A stretch of 64,000 nt of DNA from contig NC_043008.1 in assembly GCF_006345805.1 (NCBI RefSeq), positions 42,904,001 to 42,968,000 of the forward strand. Reading direction: 5' to 3'. The stretch is from Octopus sinensis. Its lineage: Eukaryota. Position numbers and translations under genes: made by a program. The notes beneath the pieces are model-generated. The model was not told the DNA's origin, searched no databases, and saw only the letters and a list, made by a program, of their open reading frames with translations. Positions 1 to 13,830 of this stretch are shown piece by piece. How positions within the stretch are numbered: the first letter of the stretch is position 1; each line of letters begins with the position of its first letter.

Positions 1-727
1 ATTATCTTCACCACCAGTCCTAGCCCCACCTTCATCACCATCCCTACCCTCCTTCCTCTCCCCTTCCCCTGCTCTTCCTACCGTTCTCCTCCTCCGCTTT
101 CTTCATATCATCTCTCCCTTTCTCCATATTTCGGATGTGGTTTTGGTACCTTTACCTAGGTGTGGGTTCTTTTACCGTGTCCCAGATAACAGTAAGAGGA
201 AAGGAGAATATTTTATATTCAGACTAGACATGTGATGCGAAACCTTGTTACCAGAGTGTGCTAAGCTAGAGGCACACAAGGGCCACGCGAGGACGTTAAG
301 CAAAGCAATGTCTTGACCCCAAGAGTTCATCAGTTTTTGGAGCTTTCTATATCAAAGGAAACTCCAGAAGATTCTTCCTTTGTTTATGCAACGTACTGAC
401 CACAAAATTTATTGAAATTGTTTTTGTCGCTTCTTCGTGATGAATTCATATTAATCTGTAACAAAAAAAGATTAAACACAAGTATGTTGAAAATTAGATT
501 GAAATAAAACATTGTTGAAAGCTAAAAAGATTAACTTAATCCTACGGCATCAGCTAACAATTATAGGTTGTGTAGCAGTGAAATCTTTATTTGACATGGA
601 AGGAAGGAAGACGTCAAAAACCAGACTCGATCTGACGAAAGTAATGTTGTTTTTTTATGAGTCAACACTTCCAGCGAAGCCAAACCAGCTTGCTTCTTTT
701 AATAGTAATAATAATCCTTTCTAGTAA

Positions 728-927
728 AGGCACAAAGCCTGAAATTTGAGGGGAGGGGACTAGTCGATTACGTCGACCCCAGTGTTTTACTGGTACTTAA
801 TTTATCGACCCCGATAGCATGAAAGGCGAAGTTGACCTCAGTCGGTTTGGAACTCAGAACGTAAAGAGATGAAAATAAAACAAACGCCTCCAAGCATTTA
901 TCAGATGCTGGAACCGATTCTGCCATC
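728..927 (-). mobile_element. SINE family A copy (tRNA-like head)
   Basis: Shares the blocks ggcacaa.gcc, ttatcgaccc, gaaaggc.aagt.gacctc, gaactcagaacgtaaaga and gattctgcca with copies at 3785-4648, 30111, 36378 and 51656. Confidence 0.8.
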
Positions 928-959
928 GGAGAAAAGCACTTTGCAGTATTCAGTTGCGT

Positions 960-1117
960 GACTCTTAAGTTCTGAATTCAAGTTCTTCCGAAGTTGACTT
1001 TGCTTTGCATCTGTCGAGAATCGATAAAATAATATTCTGTTCAACTACTGGGATCGATGGTACCAACTACTTCCCACCCCATTCAAAATTGCTGGCCTAG
1101 TGCCAGAATTAGAAACC
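960..1117 (+). mobile_element. SINE family A, degraded partial copy
   Basis: ttctgaattcaa..gttgactttgc..atcgataaaat..ctggcctagtgcc matches the same family in the opposite orientation to 728-927. Confidence 0.6.
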
Positions 1118-1224
1118 GTTGTTTTCTCTTATCTTCACAGATATCCAGGAAACTGTTTAAACCAACTTTTCCAATAATTTTCACTTATTTTTGTAAAATT
1201 TCGAGTTGAATTGGATATATTCAG

Positions 1225-1258
<34 letters not shown>

Positions 1259-3784
1259 GTATATTTACATATGTATGCATATATATACATACATACATAT
1301 ATATATATATGTATATATATGTGCATGTATATATATATGTATATATATATTGTATTTAATATATGTATATATGTAATACATATGTATAATATTTATATCA
1401 GTTTATTTATTTATGCATATCTGTGTGTGTGTGTATGCATTTTCCATGTTCTGATGCACGTGTAAAGAAATGATAAAAAAGGGGGGATGGGGGATGGGGA
1501 ACCGTGCTACATTTAATCATTTCCTTTATTTCTTATTTCCCTTCCAAACACTTTTAGTCGTAATCTATTTTGCCGACGATCTTTCCAGGTCGAACATGGA
1601 ACTTTCACAATTTCCGGTTTACCGTTGATATCAAGTGACTTTGGCTATAAATTTGGTTAACCAATCCAGTTCCTCACAAGTTTCTCACTAAATTATACTC
1701 AATAAGATAGCCATCTTTTTCTTTGGTCTTTCTCTATTTGATTTCGCTTTAAACTTTCCTTCGCCATTTCTCTTCTTCTCTAACATCCATACATCAAGTG
1801 GTTCCATGAGATCAGATACCATTTTCGATAATACTTGCTCTTTTTTTTTATTTATGGAAATATTTCTTCAATACGATATACATTCTGTTAATGGAGCGAT
1901 GTTTTTAGAGCCAAATATTTAGAAATGGACCAGGTTGTGCTATGTTCGGTAGTTAAAACACATTTGCGGTCTTTGATTATATTATTGAAGAAGAATTAAG
2001 TGCCAAATGTCAAAATTTGTTACAAGGATTATTTCTAGATTAAAAGCTGTGGATCAGCATGCGAAAAGGTTGATGGTTACAGATGTGTGATCGATAGATT
2101 TTATATCTTTGCATTGGAATATTCCCAGCTACCCTAATTCCACCCTGATCATCGCCAAGATACTTAATTCTCAGATTTCATGACCACCCAACGCTAAGTA
2201 GATATCATTAGGTGGTTACTGAGGCTAGCAGTAAGCAGTGTCAGTATAGTAAAACTGCCTAGTGTTTCAGTAAGTTGCAGTTACTAAGGCAACCGACGTG
2301 TGTAGGTACAATTCAACGAGGTGGGCTCTATATAGTCGCACTACCTGCTGGAAATACCAGCCGCATCTAGCCAAGATCGCTTAAAGAAAGGAAGGACACT
2401 TTGGGTAATGTCCAAGACGGGATGTTTACTGCTGGAACGCTGGTGATCAATTAAGGTTAATCCAGGGCTAAAAAACAATAAGACCATTATCAACAATAAC
2501 GGGTGAAGGTAAGATATAAAGAGTGTTTAGTTGCCAGACTCATCCGTGACTGACGTTGTGAGTTACTCGGTCCATTTTATTCGTATTACAACCCTTTCTG
2601 TTTATAATATTTTTCTCAATGTTAGATACTTTATTTCCCTACACGTTAAATACTATTGTTGGCTAATCTTTTCACCCCCTCACATATTTTGTGAACCCTA
2701 AATCACAAGAACCATATTTTTATATTAACAATCGCATGACTTAAACCAGACACACCTGATTACAAAGTTCTACATGTTTGGCTGAACGATGAACAATAAC
2801 ACAACTCCAACGTTAAACAATAAATATCTTCTAATAATATCTTTCCATTAGAACTCACCCAAGAAACATACTTTTTTCCACATTCTTTTATGACCTCACC
2901 TTACCCCTTTTTCTCAGACGTACATACACAAAACCTAATTTACATCCCACACTGCTCAATCTACTTCAGACTGTTTAATTAACCACCAACTATATAAAGC
3001 CAAGATAAACCTAAATATATCACAATCCGACGGAGATCGGTAAAGCGAATCTTTCACCCTTTTTCTTGTAAACATATGTACATGTATGTGTGTAAAAATT
3101 ATATATATGTATGTATATGTGTGTGTAAACATATATATATGTATATTTGTGTAAACACATATTTATGTATATGTGTGTAAACATATGTGTATGTATATGT
3201 ACAGGTACACACACAAACATATACACATACTTATGGAGCTTTTGAATCGACCGAAAAGTTACAAGAAGGAAACAAGGGCCTAGAGGTTCGTATATTGTAT
3301 TCAAAACAGTGGACAGTTTGACTTCCTACTTTCATCGAAATTCCAACTAAAAGTGATTTTCTCGAAGACTGGTATTACAAGTGGAATTCCTTCTTTTCAT
3401 TCGTGACAAATAATTACCAATAATTTCTTTTCGGATATGAATTGACGAGATGTCGGCTTTCCGGGAATTCTTTAATAACTTTTCGATCAGCAGTTATCAC
3501 GTAATTTATTCAATCAAAGAATTTAAATATTGGTCGAAGTTCTCCAGTTCCAAACAAACATTTAATCCAAATCAGCATGAAGACTTGTTTAATACGCTTG
3601 TTAAGTTATTGAACAGAAACAACAGAAATAGTTAGCGAAGCGACAGGTGGTGGTGTTGGTGGTGGTGGTGGTGTTGGTGGTGGTGATGGTGGTGATAGTG
3701 GTAGTTTTGGTGGTGATGATGGTGGAGGGCGAAGAGGGAATGGAAAGAGCAGACATCACGGAATAATTACTTCCAGATTAAGCG

Positions 3785-4648
3785 CAAAACCTTCGATTTT
3801 TAAGGGAATAGGTGGGTTAGTCGATTGCATTGACTCCAGTAGATGACTGGTATTTTATAGACCACCGAAGATGAAAGAGAAAGAAGACATTGACAAGATT
3901 TGAACCCATTATAAAATCTTTTCTAATTAGGGCCCAAAGTTAGTGATTTTGAGGGGAGGGGCTTGGTGGATAGCATTAATCTCATCCCTTTATTTTATCG
4001 ATTTCAAATGGATGGAAAGCTATATTGGTTTTAGTGGAAGTTGAACTCAGAAAAAAAAAGCCGGACACACCACCGTGTAATAATGATAAATAAAATTGAG
4101 GGGAGGGGGAAGACTTATTACATGATCGCAGTATTTCACTGGTACTTTATTTTATCGACCCTAAAAGGATGAAAAGTGAAGTCAACCTCAGCCGAATTTG
4201 AACTCATAATATAAAGAACCGGAAACATCACTGAATAATTTTAGTTTCAAATTTTGGCACAAGGCCAGCAATTTCGGGGGAGGGGTAAATCGATTACCTC
4301 GACCCTGGTACATGACCGGTACTTATTTTAGCGATCCTGAAAGGAAATGTAAAGTCGACCTCAGCGGAATTTGAACTGTGACCGTGAAGATGGACAAAAT
4401 GTCACTTAAACTCTACCCAGTGTGCTAACGATTCTGCCAGCTCACCGTCTTAAGCAGCGCTCGAAATTTTGGGGGAAGAGGCCAGTCGAGTTTATCGACC
4501 CCAGCACGCAACTGGTACTTAATTTATCGACCCCGAAAATATGAAAGGCAAAGTCGACCTCAGCTGAATTTGAACTCAGAACGTAAAGACAGACGAAATA
4601 CTGGTAAACATTTCGCCCAGCGTGCTAACGTTTCTGCCAGCTCAGCGC
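3785..4648 (-). mobile_element. Head-to-tail stack of about 5 family A SINE copies
   Basis: The motif set gggagggg / gtcgat / ttatcga / gatgaaa / ttgaac recurs at about 3785-3910, 3930-4075, 4095-4235, 4250-4452 and 4455-4648. Confidence 0.8.
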
Positions 4649-6030
4649 TGCGTGATATTAACACATTTTGGTAAACTGAATCCAAATGCTACCATCAGGA
4701 AATATTTTGGCCGAGCGTTAAGATCAGATCTCATTTAAATAAAGGTTAATTACTTTTGTAATTATTTATTCGGTTTATATTCTGTGCAATTATTTAGTGA
4801 AAACCTAATGGATTTTCACCATTAAGCACGGAGATGTAACGAAAAAATAAAACGAGGATAAAGAGTGTTTAATTTTATTACAAAAACAGCCATTCCGAAG
4901 TAACTTTTGCGCCAAACTGTATTACAAACTCATAGTTAAGCAATACGTCAGTGTGTGGGTGTGTGTGTGTGTGTGTGTGTGTTTGCGTGCGTGTGTGTAT
5001 GTGTATATATATATATATATATAATATACATACATAATTTTCTCTGGACTGTCTTCTCCTTCCACCTTTTCTTCTTCTCAAGACTTTTACCTCTATCCAA
5101 CGAAGATCCATGATCGAAACGTCGTTTGTGCTCCTATTTTCCTGTCTAACATTTTCACTGAGCGTCAATTTAATACCTTCTTTGTGTACATCGAATAGGT
5201 CTTCGCTGCTTATTTTCTTCATTTCTGCCTCTCTCTAAACTTCCCCCTCTCTCTATATATATATAGGTATAAGTTTATGCTAATGAATTAATTCTTACGT
5301 AATTCTTGTTCCCTTTCATTCATTGATTAATCTGAAGCGCTGTACTCGCTTACGCGTTACTGCAAATCATAGGTGTTCTAAGCTTTAACAACTCGCCATT
5401 AATATTACTGTGTCTGAAGGAGATCATAAAATTATGTATATTTGTATATACATACATACGTACACACACACACGCGCACAGGTTTATATGTATGTATGTT
5501 TGTGCGTATTTATGTAGTGTATAAACGTACGTGTATTATGTGTGCAATATATATGCAATATACATTAAAAAAGTTGGTTTATTACAAATTAATGCTTTAA
5601 TTTATAAATCTCTAAATGTCCATATATAGCATTCTTTGTGTAATTACGTCTAAATGTGAATTCGTTACACACACATACACACACACACATTAACACACAC
5701 ATATATATACATATATATATACATATATATGTATAGACGTATGCAACACACACACACATTAACGCACATATATATATATACATATATATGCATAGACGTA
5801 TGCAACACACACACATGTATACACACATACACTCTCCCTCTCTAACACACACACATATACATACATATATACATATATATTTGCCTCTGTATATATGTGT
5901 GTGCTTATCCATATCCGTATTGGTGGCTGTGTATGGAGGGTAGTTCGATGAAAGAGTACACAAATTCATATTGTTATATATGTGTGCGTGTGTGTGTGTG
6001 TACCTATATCTGTGTATGTATATGTATGTT

Positions 6031-6065
<35 letters not shown>

Positions 6066-6320
6066 CCGTCTGGCTGTGTGCCTGTCGGGGTGTCTGGAAG
6101 ACTATATTAAATTGCTTTCCGCTATGCTAATCAATATTTAGACAATAAAATGTTACAGTCTGTAACAGAGAGAAATCATTGGAAAATATGTTGAACAACA
6201 ACCAAATGGCGGGAGTAAGAGGGGGAGGAGGAGACATGGGTAGGTGGGTGGATGTGGAATGGGAGAGAAGGAGGGAAGGGAGGAGAGAGAAAAGAAGGAA
6301 ATAAAGAAATAATTAAATGC

Positions 6321-6378
<58 letters not shown>

Positions 6379-7189
6379 TAGATAGATATATATCATTTAA
6401 TTATATATGTACGTATGTGTTCGTTTCGTATTGTAAACGAGAAGAAAGAGAAGTCCCCACGTTAAGCGTATATTAGCTTTTATTTGCTGAGAATGCTACG
6501 GGAGTTACACAAAGCTCTGAAGTTTCGTTACAAAGCATTTTTCAGACTTATCCGAAAGTAATTGCCAGGGAACAAAGCTGTAAGCTCTTTTATGTATACT
6601 AAATTGAATACAGCATCTCTTGTAATATTCTCAGCCAATAAAAGATTATATAAGCATATATATATATATATATATATACACGAAACTAAATAGCCAGATA
6701 GCTAGATTAGTAGATAGATAATAAGATATATTCACAGATATCGGAACATTTAGATATAGAGATATACAACCAAGTAGATACACAAATGGATGGAAGAGAA
6801 GATCTAAAAATAAAATATTTGGTTGTGGAGAATAAATTTCGCTCGTCTGGAGAGGAAAACCATATTCTTCAGAGTTTCAAAAGGACTAAGATCTTCGTTA
6901 TCGATTTTTATCTTCCTACGCGTCCAAACGCTCACACGCACACGGAATACGTAAATACATACATCTAGCTATAGATATGCATGTCCATCTACATGTATGT
7001 ATGTACACGCTCATACTATACATATATCTATGTGCGTGTGCGTATGCGAGTGTGTGTGTATATATAATATATATACATATTATATACATATAATATATGT
7101 ATATATGTATGTGTGTGTTTATATATCTATCTATACATATAAATGTATAAATACATACTTATATATGTGTATATATATATCTATATCTA

Positions 7190-7247
<58 letters not shown>

Positions 7248-7639
7248 CACGCACATATTTATTCCAATGTATTTTTAATAGCTGTTTTCAAATCAGTGAA
7301 GGTACCATTATATTAATTTATTCAGCTCTAAACTCTTGTCTATGGAGCACTTGAAGAGATTCTATTAAATATTTCTCATTTATTTTCAGAAATATTCCTA
7401 TCTACAAATACAGGCAAAGTTGTACTCGTTGACGCAATTGGCAGTAAATAGACCATCAGCAAGTAGAAGAGATTCCAAGCCTGAATTATGCACCCAATGC
7501 TTACATATCGTAGCTTTCCACTTTGTAGCCGTAGATGAATATATTCTTGGTAAATCTGAATTTTATTCTTCGATTGAAGACGGTTGTGATGGTGTTTTAT
7601 GAATACCGTTTATTGCCAGAAACACAAAAACATCTTATT

Positions 7640-8110
7640 TTATTATATTATCTTGTATATTTTATCTTCTTGTTTCAGTCATCAAACTGCAGAAATGCTG
7701 GGGCACCACATACAAGAATATTTTCGTCTCTTTTATAAAGCCTGGTACTTATTCTATCAGTGTCCTTTACCGAAATGCTAAGTTACGGGCACGTAAACAC
7801 ACCATCACCAGTTGTCAAGCAGTGGTGGGGGCGGGGGACAAACAGACACAGAGATACACACACATACACACACACACAAATGTATATATATATGTGCATC
7901 TTTATGTCTGCGTTTGTCCCCCATCACTACATATATATATATATTCATACATACACAGACATATACAACGGCATCCTTTTAGTTTCCGTATATCAAATCC
8001 ACTCAGAAGGGTTTGGCCGACCCGAGGCTATAGCAGAAGACATTTGGCCAAGGTGCCACGCAGTGAGAATGAACTCGGAAGCTTGTGGTTATGAAGCGAA
8101 CGTCCCACGA
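7640..8110 (-). mobile_element. SINE family B copy with internal (CA/TA) microsatellite
   Basis: Blocks gtaaacac.cc..ca.ttgtcaagc, caaatccactca.aagg.ttgg, ccaaggtgccacgcagtg are shared with copies at 45665-46640, 49625, 53068 and 57680. Confidence 0.8.
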
Positions 8111-10203
8111 AACAGCTACGCCTGCACCTATAAGTGGTAAGAATGAAATTGTTTTGGGTTAGATAGTTGATTGTTTCTGGTTGTAGCATTCAAAGATAAA
8201 CACAACATTGTTTCATAGAGATGACTTCACAACAAGCAGAGTTCAAAACTGGAAGATTAAAAATCTAATTTTGGAAAAATACACGAAAACCGTTGGCGAT
8301 GTCTGTATGTCTCCCTATTATGTGGCGGCCATCTTACACTCGATCCATTGCTTATTTAACTCAGCCATTTTAACTTCATCACTATCATACTTCAACTAGA
8401 ACTGATTTAGCCAGGAAAAGTGGATGGATTTTCATTTATGACTCACCTTTCTACTTGATCCCTGAAAACATTCCACTTATTTTCCTTTTTCGACATGAAT
8501 TCTTTAATTGGGATTGAAATATCGATATACAATGGGAAGTCCCAACCCGTCCCCTGCTCAGCATTTGACAGGCATTATCTTCGTGTCAATGAAACGGCAG
8601 TAATGTGTAAACATGGCGGAAATGTAGGTGGGTATTGAATATCGATAATAGCCTTCAGACTGATGCTCGAATTTAACAGTTGGTGGTTGTATGAGAAACA
8701 AAAGAAAGATACGCAATTATTTAAAGACAATTCCTCTCATAAGAGTCCTGTTTATCACATTCTAACAGGAAGAGATTTTAATTAATTAATTATTGTAATC
8801 AAAACCAGGAGGTTCGACAATATTGGATTTTGTTTCTCACATAAACTCGTGTCAAAGTGTCTTCAATTACATAAAGGTAACATGGAGACACGGGAAGATA
8901 ACTCCTACTTTACTCAGAGCGAGTGTTTATATCGTTATCCCGATGCTTCTCTGGAGGATTAGCTATCAACCATAATGACTGTGTTAGCAATAACTATTGT
9001 CCATTCCAAAATGGTAATTTTTAGATAAAATGGTTAGTTTCTGTTGTTGAGTATTTAGTTTCTATCTGTTACATTTGGGCTTATAATCCTCCTGGGTCCA
9101 CTCAGCTTTTCATTCCTTCTTAGATCGATAAAATAATTATCATTATTACACTGGACTACTTTCAGCGCCACCAATGGTAAATTCCTAAAAGTGTTCTGTG
9201 AGTTTAGTGACAAAAGTAGTTTTAAATGGCGTTTTGTGGGAGAATAAACTTTGTCTCCTTACATGAAACCACATCATTTCAATCCTAGTAAATATTTCCC
9301 ATTCTGCAAACTTTAAATTTCTCAATGTCTGAACAATGACACTTCCAACAATTCTACTCTCTCCACCCATTCAGAGCGCCCTGTTTCAGTGTATCAATCC
9401 ATCTTCACAAACTCAGTCCATGAATAAAAGAAACACTCCATCTTGAAAACGATTGAATCACTTTTATTTGTTTTCCTCAACAAACAACTTTATTGTCCGA
9501 TGTAAATAATTTTCCTTTCAGTTATAAAACCAACAGACTTCGATTAGTCGACCGAACATTTACCGTTCGTCAAATAAATTTGTGTGACCAAAGCCATGCA
9601 AACATTTAAACCAAACTGGTTCCTTTCTTATTTTTTTCCCCTGCTTGTTCTTCATTTTTTTAACCATTTTTCTTTATGGCTATTTCTCGAAATTACGACC
9701 TGTTCAGGTTTCGCTTCCATTAAAAACTCAACCATTTACATTTCTATGATTTGTTTTGGTTCATTTTCGTTTTCTGTTATCAATTGGAATGGCGAAATGC
9801 GTTCCACCCTTCATGTGTTTGTATTCCATCAAAGAAGCAGACACAACTAGAATGTAAAATGGCGTGTATGACGCACACACTGCGTGTGCATGTGTGCATG
9901 CGCGGATGCGTGTGTGCACGCGCGTGTATGTGTGTGTGTGCGTGTGCGTTTATTGTTGTGTGTCTACAGAACAAGAGTTACACCCCCAGCGTCTCCTTCG
10001 TCTACGAAATATTTACTTCATTTATCCAACATCATAAAACGAGACGCCATATAGGACCGGAAGTCCTCCATTAGTTCTCTAAATATTATTTCACTCACCT
10101 AATTCAGATTCAAAGCTATTCAAGAGAAAACATCAAATATTTTCAAATCAAGGAAAAGAGAAGGTGAAAGAGGAATCGAAACTTTAAATCTATTGATGCT
10201 GAG

Positions 10204-10239
<36 letters not shown>

Positions 10240-10422
10240 GGCAAGCAATCCAGCCATCCAAGTTCGATGTTTCATTTAAACAATCTTATTTAGCATAACG
10301 GAAGAAATCGGTGATGTCAATATTGTTTCGTCTTCCATTTTATAATTTTACTTTTTTCAAATCATTCGTAATTAAGGAAACCTAAGTCTACATTGTGATG
10401 GGGAGGGAAGAAGTGAAGGTGT

Positions 10423-10475
<53 letters not shown>

Positions 10476-11560
10476 TGTGTGTAAGTGTGGAGGGGTAACT
10501 TCAAAGGTGACTTTGACTTCTAATCCAATTGTTTGTTTAACCCGTGATCTGCGCTGCCAAACTATCAGGTCACACCAACGATCAAGCACATTCCACCCAT
10601 GATCACCCCATCGAACATTCTTTTATTTAAGGCGGTAAACCTTTATATCAGTAAGGTTTAGTTGTTCATTGTCCATCCTCTAGTTGTTGTTGTTTAGTCC
10701 GAAGCCAACGTCGAACCCGCACTGCTGCAATTAAAGCCGCTCAACCCATGACCATTCCGTATATTTTCAGGAATGGAATTTGAAAGTACTTCAGCATCAC
10801 TGCACGCATTTGGATTCAGTGAGGAAATCTAAAAGTAAAAACTGAACAGAATTCTCCGATGAGTAAATCGTTTACTAAAACTTGATGTGAATATCATAAA
10901 CAGTAATGGCAACAACAGATGGGCAACGCCTGTTGTTTAGTGGTGGTTCAATACATTCCTTGAAACTATTTTAAGCAGGAACTCAGCCAAATGGATATAC
11001 AAGTCTTTAGATTCTGCATCTGATAAAAATGCATCATCGCTGAAATGACGCACATCGAATAATTTGGCCTCCAAATGAAGATGGCGAACTTCTTTTTCAG
11101 TCTGTCTTTCAAGGCAAAACAAGTTGCATACAGATATTATATTAGTGATGTTATTCAATGAAAGTCGAAGAGAGTCATGACGTTAATTGTTGAAAATTGT
11201 AGGAAAATTGTTCGATGTTGAGGTCCATAATCCTTAAGGCAGATTGTGTCACCAAACTTATCTACGAAAATATATTCCAGAGCAAATAAATGTTTGTGTG
11301 TGCATATATATATATGCACACACAAACTGAAAATAGCACTCAAGACTTGACTCTAAAACCACGCTGAAAATAGCACTCAAGACTTGACTCTAAAACCAAC
11401 ATTAAATGTTCATATAGCACTAGTAGAGAAGACAAAGAGACAAAATAAACTAGCAAAAAGAAAAAAGAAATTACTGGATAATTCCAGATCCCGGACTTCT
11501 GACTTTGCGTATGGGATGGTCTGCCTTCATCAGTGGAATACACTGAGATAGCACATAAAT

Positions 11561-11591
<31 letters not shown>

Positions 11592-11720
11592 ACGGGAAGC
11601 TTTATGAAAATAGACAAAAGACGAAGGCAGGTTTACGGAAATAAACAAAAGACGAAGGCAGGTGGAATACAAACAAACAATTGTATTAGTATGGCGCTCA
11701 GGAAATATAAATAAAACAAG

Positions 11721-11758
11721 TCTTTAACGTTTCGAGCCTACGCTCTTCAACAGAAAGA
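11721..11758 (-). ncRNA. Minimal type I hammerhead-like motif (A6U core variant), Penelope-like element end
   Basis: Minus strand: UCUUU CUGUUGA A GAGC-GUAG-GCUC GAA AC GU U AAAGA. Stem I is 5 bp, stem II is 4 bp and stem III is the ACGU palindrome. Confidence 0.55.
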
Positions 11759-12159
11759 TACACAGAGAAGAAACACAGAAAGAAGGAGAGAAAAAAATGC
11801 GTGCAGAGGCTAGCGAATCAACATGGCGATATATATATATATATATATACATACAACATATATGCTGGCCACTTGATAAGATCGATATTTAAATATCGAT
11901 CTTATCCTTATTTATATAAATTTATATATATATATACGTACGTTTATTAATTCATTTTGTGCAAGATTCCTGATGTGAAATCGTGTGTTGTAACATATAT
12001 TGTATTTCGAGATGGTCATTTCATGTATTATTACTTTTTCTTTGCAAAATAAACACACGCACTATCGATACATTTTCCTTTACTCGTTTATTACTGTTAT
12101 TTTATTATTTTAACGCCTCTCCAATATCCGGAAATCTTTCATCATATATCTGTGACCAC

Positions 12160-12312
12160 TTCAGCGACACTTTTCTGTCTACTAAATCCACCCACAAGGC
12201 TTTGGTCGGCCCAAAGTTATATTTCTCAAGTTGCCATGCAGTAGGACAGAACCCGGAACCTTACCGGAACCCTATGCTTGGGGAGTAAACTTCATACCAC
12301 ACAGTCACGCCT
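12160..12312 (-). mobile_element. SINE family B, 5' part
   Basis: aaatccacccacaaggctttggtcggccc...gaacccggaacc..cttcataccacacagtcacgcc. Confidence 0.7.
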
Positions 12313-12716
12313 CACCTTGCATATTGTTTAATAAATCTTCATCAAAGGAAGAGTTAAAGGAATACCAGGAGAACCTAATCGAAATGTTTTTTCTTCACAG
12401 TTTGTAGAGTCAAATAATTTTCTGGATATTCTGTATCGGTTTTTATAAGAAGGTCTTAAATTGGCACCGAGTGACAAGTGCACCAAAGGATACATCATTC
12501 ATAGTCACATAGGCTGCATCCATTTTCTAAACCCCAATTCCATCATTAATCTTAATATTTGGTTTTTCTATTCCCTGTCATCCTTCCTTTATCTTTGAAA
12601 TTCCTTCTTTGCAATTAATTTTCTAACATTTGACCAATTATTCTATCGAAGCGAGATAAACCACTCCCCATCTCCGTCTCTCCCTCTTCCTTTCCCTCAC
12701 ACTCACTCTCTTTTAG

Positions 12717-12754
<38 letters not shown>

Positions 12755-13419
12755 ACGCTCTCTCGCTCTTCCTATCTCTTTTTCTTTCTCTCTGAAATCC
12801 CCCTTTTTCAAATCTCTGTATTTTGGTCTCTTTCTGTGAAATTACTATATCCAACTCTATTTCAGTGAAACTGCTTTTGTCGTTCTGTTAGAAATGGTAG
12901 TGGAAGCAATGGCACTGATTGGTGAATCTATTCTGGTGCTGATGGATCTATTTTGGTGTTTGTGATCTGTTCCGATGAAGATGGTTCTGTTGTAGTGTGT
13001 CGCTGGTGTATCTGTTCTGGGATTTCTTCATCGATCTGTTATGGTGTTGATTGGTTTCCATAAGTGGTGCTGTTTGTATCTCAATACTGGAATTGGTACT
13101 GAATCTGGTGATGATGTGTCTGCGTTGTTGCTGGAAAGAATGTTTTGCATGAAGTACTCTTCTTTCCTTTTCTTTTCTCGCTTTTTATTCATCCTCCCAC
13201 TCTTTGCATCCACCTCTTTTTTTCACGTGATTACTCAGATACCAACATTTTGATATTCAAATCGAACAGACCATGCGTTGTGCTTAAAGATTGCTTGGAG
13301 ACACAACGCATGTTCTAAAAACCTACATAGATACGTGTCTTCACAGCAAGAAACTATCAATAGCTTGTATCTGTATACTGTGTACATTAAATATTTATCT
13401 CTCACTGGATCAAGTCATA

Positions 13420-13426
13420 TCTATCA

Positions 13427-13508
<82 letters not shown>

Positions 13509-13568
13509 ATATCTATCTATCTATCTACCTATCTACCTACCTACCTACCTACCTACCTACCTACCTAC

Positions 13569-13611
<43 letters not shown>

Positions 13612-13640
13612 CCTACCTACCTACCTACCTACCTACCTAC

Positions 13641-13702
<62 letters not shown>

Positions 13703-13830
13703 GTCTGTCAGTCTGTCTGTTTATCTCTCTCTCTCTTTCTCTCTCTCTCTCTTTGTCTTTCTATCTTTCTATGTATCTGCTGGTCTGTCTGTCTCTCTGT
13801 CTATCTATCAATTTGTCTATGTATATACAT
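13420..13830. repeat. Compound (CTAT)n/(CTAC)n/(CTGT)n/(CT)n microsatellite
   Basis: Seen directly. Explains the 219-aa and 227-aa pseudo-ORFs. Confidence 0.95.

Noticed and set aside
5097-5123. Hammerhead-like CCAACGA A GATC-CAT-GATC GAAAC GTC as an active ribozyme
   Set aside because: Core U4 and G5 are mutated and stem I barely pairs. Treated as a relic.
6511-6550. Minus-strand CTGAAAA...GAAACTTC hammerhead-like relic
   Set aside because: G8 is lost, and stem II and stem III do not pair.
12900-13130. Loosely repeated gatct.ttctggtg motif as a coding repeat
   Set aside because: Irregular period, in-frame stops and no splice signals. Probably a decayed minisatellite.
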